Positions 17,229 through 24,703 of a stretch of 64,000 nt of DNA are shown piece by piece; the first letter of the stretch is position 1, and each line of letters opens with the position of its first letter. Position numbers and translations under genes: made by a program. This DNA is from a virus. The stretch is from IMG/VR virus record IMGVR_UViG_3300045988_066341, one strand, 5' to 3'. Below the pieces are notes generated by a model. It had not been told where the DNA came from. It worked only from the letters and a program-made list of their open reading frames with translations, and searched no databases.

Positions 17229-17888
17229 TTATCGTCCCATCATTCTCAATACGGTTCTAGCCGCAGCTTGCGCCCATGTCCAGCTGTCATTAGATGTTAC
17301 GTTAACCGTCTGTTGAGTACCATTTACATCCAAGTTAATAGTCTCCTTGTCAAGCTCGATAGTAGAGTCCCCAGCGGCTTGCGTTACCGTCACGTTAGCT
17401 GTCTGGCCACCAGCGGCAGTTACTTTCAATGTAGCTGTCAGTTCCTCGATCGTGACGTTGGCCGGTACGTCCGAGATCGTGATGCTCCAAACGAACTCGC
17501 CAGCGGCTCCGGGATCGTCGGCGATAATCGCTCCGTTAGCCGTAGTCTTTCCAGCCGCCGTGTAGTTAGCAGGGAGTCGTAACGTAAGCCCGTTCTCCTC
17601 AGCCGGCGTGACCGCGAACGTAAGCTTAGTACTGTTAGACTTACCGGTGATGGTAACATTACCACCTGTCTTTTGTACGGAAGCGTTAGGGCTGTCTGAT
17701 CTTACCACCTCAGCAGCCGCTGCCTGATTAACTACCAACGCCTTCTTAGCCCCGCCGTTCGTGGTGACCGTAAGGTTGATAGTGCGTTGAAGACGACCGG
17801 TGTGTTTATCACCGGAGAAATTAACCGCCTGATCTCCTGATCCTGATACCGGGTCTACGGTTACGAAACCGAATTTTTGTGATGCCAT
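17229..17888 (-). CDS. tandem BACON/Ig-like domain protein, 219 aa
   Basis: N-terminal VSGSGDQAVNFSG..GRLQRTINLTVTT..KKALVVNQ and C-terminal LDVNGTQQTVNVTSNDSWTW. Confidence 0.6.
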   Translation of the reverse strand: MASQKFGFVTVDPVSGSGDQAVNFSGDKHTGRLQRTINLTVTTNGGAKKALVVNQAAAAEVVRSDSPNASVQKTGGNVTITGKSNSTKLTFAVTPAEENGLTLRLPANYTAAGKTTANGAIIADDPGAAGEFVWSITISDVPANVTIEELTATLKVTAAGGQTANVTVTQAAGDSTIELDKETINLDVNGTQQTVNVTSNDSWTWAQAAARTVLRMMGR

Positions 17889-17923
17889 ACTTAAATATAT
17901 TTATAAATGTCCTTTTATTATGC

Positions 17924-17931
17924 CAAAAATA
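17924..17931 (-). promoter_or_regulatory. -7 box TATTTTTG
   Basis: 36 nt upstream of ATG 17888. Confidence 0.4.
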
Positions 17932-17958
17932 ACTTATATAATGTTAGCCATAAAATAT

Positions 17959-17967
17959 GGGGGGGGG
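17959..17967. repeat. G9 homopolymer (C9 on the coding strand)
   Basis: Intergenic, 16 nt after the stop at 17984 and 70 nt before ATG 17888. Confidence 0.9.
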
Positions 17968-17983
17968 ATAGATAGCACTACGA

Positions 17984-19027
17984 CTACACCCGCTCCACGT
18001 ACAGACCTATTAAATCCTGTAGATTATGGCTGAGAGGAGTTCCGCTATCCCTAGTACACTTATACACATCAGCGTTCTGGATGTAATATTTATCCTTGAA
18101 TATCTCCATTGGAGGGAAATACGGGATAGGATCCCCTATGGTCCCGGCATGCTCCTTATCAATGACCTTGTATAAGGAAGCCGTATTTAGTCCGGGTTCC
18201 CATTCCTTTGATAATGTATGTTGTTGAATAACCTCATAAAGGATATCCGTATCGTCCTTCACCACCCTGAGACAGAATCCGGCATCCACCGACAACCCGA
18301 ACTCCGCCCCTTCTTGTCCCCATATAGGGAATAGGACCTTAACATCCAATTTATCGTTAGAGGATAAGGATAAGTCTTTATTATTAACCACCATTCTAGA
18401 AAATTTTACAGCCACCTTCTGAGGATCAGAGGCGTCCTTCTCCTTCGCCTGTTGCTGGACGTATGCTGTGGTGACACTTATCTTGTCTGGATATCCGGAT
18501 TGGACATCAATAGCCCTTACCTGCTCTACGGTAGTGGCTAGATTGATCTGCTTTTGCTTGTCCCCTAACGCCGACATAAGATCATTATCATACTTATCCA
18601 TCATCCCGATCAAGATCTTGCCTTCCGTTATATCGAATTCCAGACCCATGATCGTTATCTTGCCAGCTATAGCCCCATCAGGCAAGGCGTTACGTCTATC
18701 ATGTTCAGGAATATAGATATTCTGATCATCCAAGAAGAACTCATATAGATTTCCGGTCTCATAAGTTCTTATCTCCTCGTATTTAACTGATTTCTCCTCA
18801 TTAAGAAGCCTTGACTCATCCAGCTTAGCCTCGATAATCTCCTTGACAGTAGCTTTAGGATTAGCCTCCTTGAACGCCAGTTGCTCCTCCACAAGCTCTA
18901 TCCATGGGGCGGGAATACCTTTGGAGTAATCATCATAACTATAGCCCTTGGCGTAATTATCGTCAAGAGGCTCATCTTGAACCAACATCTTGGGATATAT
19001 CTCCCTGTTTATATATGTAAAACTCAT
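17984..19027 (-). CDS. hypothetical virion-module protein, 347 aa
   Basis: ORF track; begins 7 nt after the tail-fibre gene. Confidence 0.6.
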   Translation of the reverse strand: MSFTYINREIYPKMLVQDEPLDDNYAKGYSYDDYSKGIPAPWIELVEEQLAFKEANPKATVKEIIEAKLDESRLLNEEKSVKYEEIRTYETGNLYEFFLDDQNIYIPEHDRRNALPDGAIAGKITIMGLEFDITEGKILIGMMDKYDNDLMSALGDKQKQINLATTVEQVRAIDVQSGYPDKISVTTAYVQQQAKEKDASDPQKVAVKFSRMVVNNKDLSLSSNDKLDVKVLFPIWGQEGAEFGLSVDAGFCLRVVKDDTDILYEVIQQHTLSKEWEPGLNTASLYKVIDKEHAGTIGDPIPYFPPMEIFKDKYYIQNADVYKCTRDSGTPLSHNLQDLIGLYVERV

Positions 19028-19033
19028 AGCTTA

Positions 19034-21058
19034 TTAATCTTGTTCTTTAACGGCGATGCTATACTTGCCTGAAGCGTAACACCAGATATTTATCTCGAAA
19101 GGCTTGTTAGCCGTAGTGGTTATAGAAGTTCCGCTCATGCTGACATAATCCCCGGAATTAGGTATCGCTTGGGTGAAAGCCGCTGAGGGTACACACCTGA
19201 TCATCAGCTCCTCCCCTACCTGCATCCCTGACTGCACGGATAGGGTGGTAGCGGCTGATAACGTAGCCGTGATACTTCTCTTGCTAATAGGCAGGTTAGC
19301 TAATGTCGTGACCGTATTAACTCCTATAAGCCTGTTCATGGTCTTCTTGTCAGCCGCCGCCATCAACCCGTTAGTAGACTCGTTGGCTACGGCGTATGTC
19401 GTGTTAGGAGGTGTAGCCCAAGTGCCATCTCCACGCATGAAACTGGATGTGCTTCCATTAAGCTGTCTCAATAAGCCGTTAGCTGTAGTAGAGGCTAATC
19501 CGTATGTGGTATTGGTAGGCACTACCCACGTTCCATCACCACGAAGAAAAGATGCCTGCTTGCCAGCGGCTGGGGCCGGTACCAATCCCGCAGCACCAGC
19601 CGCCGAGGCCGTAGCCGCCTTCATATTGGCGTAGGTAGTATTCGTATCCTTATAATAGGGGATACCACCGACAATAGGACAAGCCGTATATCCAGAGGCG
19701 TTTGTCACGGTACTGCCGTTCTTGACCAATCCTGTGGACCCGTTAGCTCCTACAACACCATACGTTGTATTAGTATCCGTCCAAGGCACGTTAACATACA
19801 TCTTACCACTACTATCCAGCTCTACCGGATAATTCTTACCGTTCTCAGTATATCCGATCATCACCAATCCTAATGTCGTGGTATTGGCCTTGGCGTATGT
19901 GGTATTTGTCGGAACCACCCACGTACCATCGCCACGGAGGAAAGAGGTTTGCTTGCCGGCAGTCGGAGCGGGTACCAATCCCGCCGATCCTGCGGCTGAG
20001 GACGTCGCTCCACCCATGTTGCTATATGTGGTATTAGGAGGGGTTTGCCATGTCCCGTCACCACGAAGATACTTGGCTTGCGCTCCGGCGGCAGGTGCGG
20101 GGACCAAACCTGCCTTTCCCGCCGCTGAGGCAGAAGCGGCTCCCATATTGGTGTATGTCGTGTTGGTATCCGTCCACGGAACATTCACATACATCTTACC
20201 ATTTCCGTCAAGAGCTACCGGATAATTCTTCCCATTAGCTGAGTACCCGATCTTAACAAGACCCAGATTATCGCTCGTGGCCTGTGAGTATGTAGTGTTA
20301 TTGTCAGTCCAAGGGACATTGACGTACATCTTGCCATTAGCCAAGAGCACAGCGTAGTTCTTTCCATTAGAAGCATAGCCGATCTTAACCAATCCTAAGG
20401 TGTCGGCCGTGGCTTCATTATACGTTGTGTTATTATCCGTCCATGGAACGTTGACGTAAGCGTTGCCGAACGAATCCAGTTGCACCTTATAGTTCTTCCC
20501 GGAAGTCGTATATCCCACCTTAATACCGCCAAGAACGGTAGCGGAGGACGTGGGAGGTGTGAAGGTACTTGGTTTGCCCGTAACCCCTGACCAAGGCACG
20601 GAGGAAGCCTGACTGGCCGTGTAAGGCTCATACCCATCCTCACTGTTTAATTTAGACTCGTCTTTTATCAGATACATCTTACCTGTAGACGTGACCTTTA
20701 CCGTATCACCACTTTGAGCCGTAGCGGTGGTAAGGGCGAATCTAGCCGTATCATTAGCTACCACGACCAATCTCTCCAAAGCCGCCTTAGGTAACCTATC
20801 TATGCTGATGGTTCCGGACGCGATCTTAGAGGCATCAAAATTGGCCAATGTCGTGGAGATAGTTACGTTGTCTCCGAAGTCCGATGAGACACTACCGGTA
20901 ACAGCCCCGGACAGCGCTATGGTCCTAGCCGCCTGTAATTTCGTGGCGGTAGGGGCATTATCCGTCTTAAGAGCATATTTGGTAAGATCAATATCATTAG
21001 CCTTATCCAAAAGCTGCTCTATCTGCTTACCATTGTATTTACCTTGAAAATCTTCCAT
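19034..21058 (-). CDS. tail fibre protein, 674 aa
   Basis: Repeated AGLVPAP..G..FLRGDGTW and GKNY.V.LD..GKMYVNVPWTD.NTTY modules. N-terminus MEDFQGKYNGKQI..LDK is shared with 43282-44232. Confidence 0.75.
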   Translation of the reverse strand: MEDFQGKYNGKQIEQLLDKANDIDLTKYALKTDNAPTATKLQAARTIALSGAVTGSVSSDFGDNVTISTTLANFDASKIASGTISIDRLPKAALERLVVVANDTARFALTTATAQSGDTVKVTSTGKMYLIKDESKLNSEDGYEPYTASQASSVPWSGVTGKPSTFTPPTSSATVLGGIKVGYTTSGKNYKVQLDSFGNAYVNVPWTDNNTTYNEATADTLGLVKIGYASNGKNYAVLLANGKMYVNVPWTDNNTTYSQATSDNLGLVKIGYSANGKNYPVALDGNGKMYVNVPWTDTNTTYTNMGAASASAAGKAGLVPAPAAGAQAKYLRGDGTWQTPPNTTYSNMGGATSSAAGSAGLVPAPTAGKQTSFLRGDGTWVVPTNTTYAKANTTTLGLVMIGYTENGKNYPVELDSSGKMYVNVPWTDTNTTYGVVGANGSTGLVKNGSTVTNASGYTACPIVGGIPYYKDTNTTYANMKAATASAAGAAGLVPAPAAGKQASFLRGDGTWVVPTNTTYGLASTTANGLLRQLNGSTSSFMRGDGTWATPPNTTYAVANESTNGLMAAADKKTMNRLIGVNTVTTLANLPISKRSITATLSAATTLSVQSGMQVGEELMIRCVPSAAFTQAIPNSGDYVSMSGTSITTTANKPFEINIWCYASGKYSIAVKEQD
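19391..20536 (-). repeat. intragenic repeats of the fibre (4 x YVNVPWTDxNTTY units, 3-4 x GLVPAP..LRGDGTW units)
   Basis: Seen in the translation and as recurring DNA blocks (for example 19520-19620, 19917-20010, 20047-20140). Confidence 0.8.
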
Positions 21059-21077
21059 ATCAAACTTATTTTTTGCT

Positions 21078-21085
21078 CAAATATA
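21078..21085 (-). promoter_or_regulatory. -7 box TATATTTG, class A
   Basis: 20 nt upstream of ATG 21058. Confidence 0.55.
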
Positions 21086-21113
21086 GTTATATACATAAAT
21101 ACCAAGAAATCGA

Positions 21114-21122
21114 GGGGGGGGG
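21114..21122. repeat. G9 homopolymer (C9 on the coding strand)
   Basis: 15 nt after the stop at 21138; 28 nt upstream of the fibre -7 box, where a -33 element would lie. Confidence 0.9.
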
Positions 21123-21137
21123 AGATACGGGTAAGTG

Positions 21138-21467
21138 TCAGAAACTGCCGTCCCCGTGCAGGAATCCGCTACGGAATATAATAGCCTTGTCTTTAAGTTT
21201 CTGGACAGACTCCCATTCCCATTCACCCTCACAAGGCTTAACGACATACTTATTCCCCCATGTCTTAAACTTCCTCTCTATAACAAACATCTCTGGGTCT
21301 TTTAAGACATGGAAGATACTTCCAACAGGGAAATACTTATCAGTTCTCAATATAACTCGATGATGTCTCTCGTCATATTCAGGATCGCCTACGATACGTG
21401 CCTTATAAAACTGGAAATCATTTAACGTCTGATCCACTGGCTCTATCCAATAATACCCCTTACCCAT
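21138..21467 (-). CDS. hypothetical protein, 109 aa
   Basis: ORF track; long structured leader. Confidence 0.5.
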   Translation of the reverse strand: MGKGYYWIEPVDQTLNDFQFYKARIVGDPEYDERHHRVILRTDKYFPVGSIFHVLKDPEMFVIERKFKTWGNKYVVKPCEGEWEWESVQKLKDKAIIFRSGFLHGDGSF

Positions 21468-21488
21468 TGCAGTTTGTATTTAATTATC

Positions 21489-21496
21489 TATATTTG
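21489..21496 (+). promoter_or_regulatory. -7 box TATATTTG on the + strand, opposite to all neighbouring genes
   Basis: TATATTTGCGGTGT is identical over 14 nt to the class-B promoter at 28084-28071 (- strand). Confidence 0.45.
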
Positions 21497-21569
21497 CGGT
21501 GTAGTAACTCATAATGTTTTAAGTGATTTTCAACCAAAGGGGAAGGGTGTCCGTGAGGATGCCTTTTTT
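21497..21569 (+). ncRNA. candidate ~65-75-nt antisense small RNA
   Basis: Bounded by the + strand promoter and a + strand intrinsic terminator GGUGUCC-GUGA-GGAUGCC-UUUUUU (21546-21569); no ORF inside. Confidence 0.4.
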
Positions 21570-21612
21570 CATTCCCGCCCACCCTTCCTATGAACAAAAG
21601 ATCTACCTCGAA

Positions 21613-21620
21613 CAAATGTA
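21613..21620 (-). promoter_or_regulatory. -7 box TACATTTG, long-leader class
   Basis: 146 nt upstream of ATG 21467; convergent with the + strand promoter at 21489. Confidence 0.45.
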
Positions 21621-21640
21621 ATCATAATAAGGCTACGATC

Positions 21641-21680
21641 AAAAAGAAACCCTATCGGTATTCTATTGCCGACAGGGTTC
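21641..21680 (-). terminator. intrinsic terminator
   Basis: 11-bp stem AACCCUGUCGG/CCGAUAGGGUU followed by UCUUUUUG on the - strand. Confidence 0.7.
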
Positions 21681-21698
21681 TCCAACGTTGTATCAAAC

Positions 21699-22085
21699 CT
21701 AAATCATATCACTCCATTTGATTGTGTCACCGACGAAGCACCGCACCGCCAGATACCTTACGAACGCCGTCCCTTCCGGGGCGTCAGGGTCTTCCAGATA
21801 AGCCAAGACAGCCTTGACTATTTTCTGGTCGCAATCCAATACCTTAGGAAAGTAGTCGCTATAGAACATAGCGAACAGATATTGGATATCTCCCCAAGTG
21901 GCGTTATCAGGTTTCTTAGCCCCGCATTTATCGAACATCTGCTTAGCGTCCTCCATCGTCCATCTTCTCTTGGATCCGTCGGCGTTAAGCATCTTGTCAG
22001 CGGCTTCCCTAGCCAGCTCCTTGGAAAAGTGATATCCATGGGTGTCTATATACCGCTTATAATCCGGATCATCGGCGTCTGCTCC
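21699..22085 (-). CDS. conserved-looking domain with no start codon of its own for 31 codons; probable read-through extension of 22086-22454
   Basis: Same frame as 22086-22454, separated only by TGA 22086-22088. The first ATG (21992) falls inside ..HFSKELAREAADKMLNADGSKRRW.. Confidence 0.5.
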   Translation of the reverse strand, partial: GADADDPDYKRYIDTHGYHFSKELAREAADKMLNADGSKRRWTMEDAKQMFDKCGAKKPDNATWGDIQYLFAMFYSDYFPKVLDCDQKIVKAVLAYLEDPDAPEGTAFVRYLAVRCFVGDTIKWSDMI

Positions 22086-22454
22086 TCAGTAATAACGACT
22101 CCTGCGTCCCCTGCGCATATACGGTTCAGTACCTTCGTACTCGTCACGGATGCCGCGCTCACCGAACCATCCCCTGCGATACATCTCGTCCTCGCGTTCA
22201 TGGAGTCTCTCACGTTTCTCAAGCTCACGCTCGTCACGTTCCAGCTCCCTCTCGCGTCTTTCAAGATCACGCTCACGGCGTTCTAGCTCATCCATTCTGC
22301 CGTCATGCTCCTTGCCATAGTGGTCGTATATTCCACCACCATAACCCATGTAAGTCCCATCCGAACGTCTGCTACGTCCACGGCCGCCTCTACGATCGTA
22401 GATCTCATCATCGTAGTCCTCATCGTGGCCGCCGCCTAAATCTATAACTCTCAT
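22086..22454 (-). CDS. Arg/Glu/Asp/Gly/Tyr-rich low-complexity protein, 122 aa, ending at a TGA
   Basis: ORF track; ELERRERDLERRERELERDERELEKRER repeats. Confidence 0.6.
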   Translation of the reverse strand: MRVIDLGGGHDEDYDDEIYDRRGGRGRSRRSDGTYMGYGGGIYDHYGKEHDGRMDELERRERDLERRERELERDERELEKRERLHEREDEMYRRGWFGERGIRDEYEGTEPYMRRGRRSRYY

Positions 22455-22455
22455 C

Positions 22456-22989
22456 TTAACCTAATTTTTTAATTAACAACTCTTTTAGCTCATCGAAAGA
22501 GGATCCCATCCTATCGACTTTCTCCTCAAGATTCTTGATCTTCCGGTCTTGATCCTTAGTCTGCTTAAAAGCCGGATTGATTTCCTCAAGGATCGAATCA
22601 CAAGCCTCTAGCGTCCTCCTATGCTTATCGATACTATCGAGAATATCGGAGCTGGTTCTCTTAGCGGCGTTAAGCTGGTTCATGATCGGATCGACCGAGC
22701 AGGCCAAAGTTATGTTATTGGACATAGCGACATCCCTGCTCTCCGGTACGACATAGGTCATGGAAGACCCGTTTATCTCCACGGTAAGATCTATCACCCT
22801 ATCCTGTAGTTGCTGATATTGCCCCATCTGACCCATCTGGGGTTGCTGGAACCTAGGCTCGGACACGTTGACCACATTCCCCATCCTGAATACCGGAACA
22901 TCGGACGTATCCAGCGTATATACTTGAAATCCTTTCTTTAAGTCTCTAAACATATCTCGATTTTTAAGCGGGAGGGAATACCCTCCCAT
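22456..22989 (-). CDS. hypothetical protein with a Gln/Met-rich linker and coiled-coil C-terminus, 177 aa
   Basis: ORF track. Confidence 0.55.
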   Translation of the reverse strand: MGGYSLPLKNRDMFRDLKKGFQVYTLDTSDVPVFRMGNVVNVSEPRFQQPQMGQMGQYQQLQDRVIDLTVEINGSSMTYVVPESRDVAMSNNITLACSVDPIMNQLNAAKRTSSDILDSIDKHRRTLEACDSILEEINPAFKQTKDQDRKIKNLEEKVDRMGSSFDELKELLIKKLG

Positions 22990-23006
22990 TAGACATCCAA
23001 TCTAAC

Positions 23007-23423
23007 CTATTCCTCATCAACAGTCGTCTCCGACGCCGAGGCGGAAGTTGTAGGCACACAGCAATCCATGAGCCTCAATACACCCCTTACCTTGTTGAAA
23101 TAAACAAGGCGTTCGGTGTTGTTAACCATAGCCGCTCCGGTCACAGCCACGTTGATCGGATTCACCACAGCCACGCCGGTTACCGGGCAGCATGTGTCAT
23201 CACCTACCGTGGATACGGTGCTGTTCGCTGGGACAGCTATCTGTACTGGCAATGTCTCGCCTGTTGTCGGAACCACCTGCCGGATTTTCAGCAGCAGAAG
23301 GCCCTCGCATGGCAAGGACAGCCATATCCTTGGGTTGATACCGAAGATGGTGTTGGTAGTAGTCACTACCACGTTCTTCGTGACCAACTCATAAAGAGAC
23401 CCTATTTTAGAAACACAAGCCAT
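23007..23423 (-). CDS. small Cys-bearing beta-rich protein, 138 aa
   Basis: ORF track. The only strong Shine-Dalgarno noticed in the window (AAGGAAGGAGG, 5 nt before the ATG). Cys at MAC.., ..DDTCCP.., ..MDCCVP.. Confidence 0.6.
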   Translation of the reverse strand: MACVSKIGSLYELVTKNVVVTTTNTIFGINPRIWLSLPCEGLLLLKIRQVVPTTGETLPVQIAVPANSTVSTVGDDTCCPVTGVAVVNPINVAVTGAAMVNNTERLVYFNKVRGVLRLMDCCVPTTSASASETTVDEE

Positions 23424-23446
23424 AATAGCCTCCTTCCTTTATAGAG

Positions 23447-24454
23447 TTAAATAGCGGCGTTTCCGTTGTTGCAGCATCCATTGTTGCACCCACATCCGTA
23501 ATTACCTCCATAAAATGCTTGACCCCATCCATAAGTCTGGTAAGGAGAGCATGAAGGATAAGCCGGCACAGGGGTAGGTCTCAACTGGTTGATCAAATTC
23601 TGAGTCTGTTGCTGAGTCAACGCGGAGGCTTGGTAAGCCGACCTTTCATCACGCAACTGATTGATCGTATTCTGCATCTCACGCATTTCCAATTGACAGA
23701 ATTTATCATTAATCAAGGTTGTTTGAGCATCAATCTTAGCGCTCAAGATATTGAACCGACTCGTGGCTTGCTCACGATTGTTCGTCAATCCTTGATTAAT
23801 AGTGTTTTGTAACGTGTTAGTCTGATTCAATGTCTCAAGACGATTCTCATAACCTTGATTGTTGATCATCTGCTGAGTCTGGCAAGTGCTTTGGTTGATC
23901 AAAGAACTCAAATTGCAGCAGCAAGAGCTAATTTGATTACCGATCTCACAACCTTGTTGCTGTACGGCGTTAATAACAGCCTGAGAGGTCATACCTACCT
24001 GACCAGCTACCTTATCGATAGCGCCTTGTACGTTACAGATAGCGCTTTGCAATTGAGTGGTAGTACAGTTCAAGGCGTTAGCGATCTGATCGATAGCGCT
24101 TCTGTTACCTTGGATAGCCTGCATCAGTAACTCACGACCATAGTCGTTATTCAATTGAGCTGGAAGACCATTAGCGCAACACTCATTACCATTGCCAAAA
24201 CCATTGCCAAAGCCACGGCCACCCCATAACCAGAACAGGACGATGATCCACAACCACCAACCGTTAGCCCCGCCGAAACCGTCTTGGTTGTTACGACCGT
24301 TCATCAAAGCCGCTACCAAGTTCGGATCCATCTTATTTCCGCCTATTAAGTTGGCGAACATCCCCGGAATCATAGATAATAAACCGTTAGTGGCGCTTCC
24401 ACTACCGGAACCCATACCGTCTAACAAAACGATTTTGTCTCCACTTGTACCCAT
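23447..24454 (-). CDS. Gln/Asn/Cys/Gly-rich membrane-anchored coiled-coil protein, 335 aa
   Basis: Trp-rich TM segment WWLWIIVLFWLWGG, GFGNGFGNGNECC, long Q/N heptad-like region, C-terminal GCGCNNGCCNNGN. Confidence 0.6.
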   Translation of the reverse strand: MGTSGDKIVLLDGMGSGSGSATNGLLSMIPGMFANLIGGNKMDPNLVAALMNGRNNQDGFGGANGWWLWIIVLFWLWGGRGFGNGFGNGNECCANGLPAQLNNDYGRELLMQAIQGNRSAIDQIANALNCTTTQLQSAICNVQGAIDKVAGQVGMTSQAVINAVQQQGCEIGNQISSCCCNLSSLINQSTCQTQQMINNQGYENRLETLNQTNTLQNTINQGLTNNREQATSRFNILSAKIDAQTTLINDKFCQLEMREMQNTINQLRDERSAYQASALTQQQTQNLINQLRPTPVPAYPSCSPYQTYGWGQAFYGGNYGCGCNNGCCNNGNAAI

Positions 24455-24600
24455 GTCTATTTATTTTTGAATTAATAATAACCCCACCTGATGGCGGGCG
24501 TTACAAAGTTCAAAAATTAACAGCCCTAAAATCGTGATATGTGTCATCATCAAAGTACGTCATGTCTTGTAAATGGGATTAATAAGAACCGATACAAGAC

Positions 24601-24634
24601 AAAAAAATCCGGAGCGTATCACTACGACCCGGAT
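24601..24634 (-). terminator. terminator-like hairpin inside the leader of 23447-24454
   Basis: AUCCGG-N16-CCGGAU followed by U7 on the - strand, directly after the -7 box at 24641. Confidence 0.55.
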
Positions 24635-24640
24635 TCATCA

Positions 24641-24648
24641 CAAATCTA
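24641..24648 (-). promoter_or_regulatory. -7 box TAGATTTG, long-leader class
   Basis: 187 nt upstream of ATG 24454. Confidence 0.4.
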
Positions 24649-24671
24649 TAAAATCCAATGTTTCAATGCTC

Positions 24672-24693
24672 GAAAGAAAACGTCTCACGACGT
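24672..24693 (-). terminator. intrinsic terminator with a GUGA tetraloop
   Basis: ACGUC-GUGA-GACGU-UUUUCUUUC, 10 nt after the stop at 24704. Confidence 0.65.
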
Positions 24694-24703
24694 CAAAGAG
24701 AGA

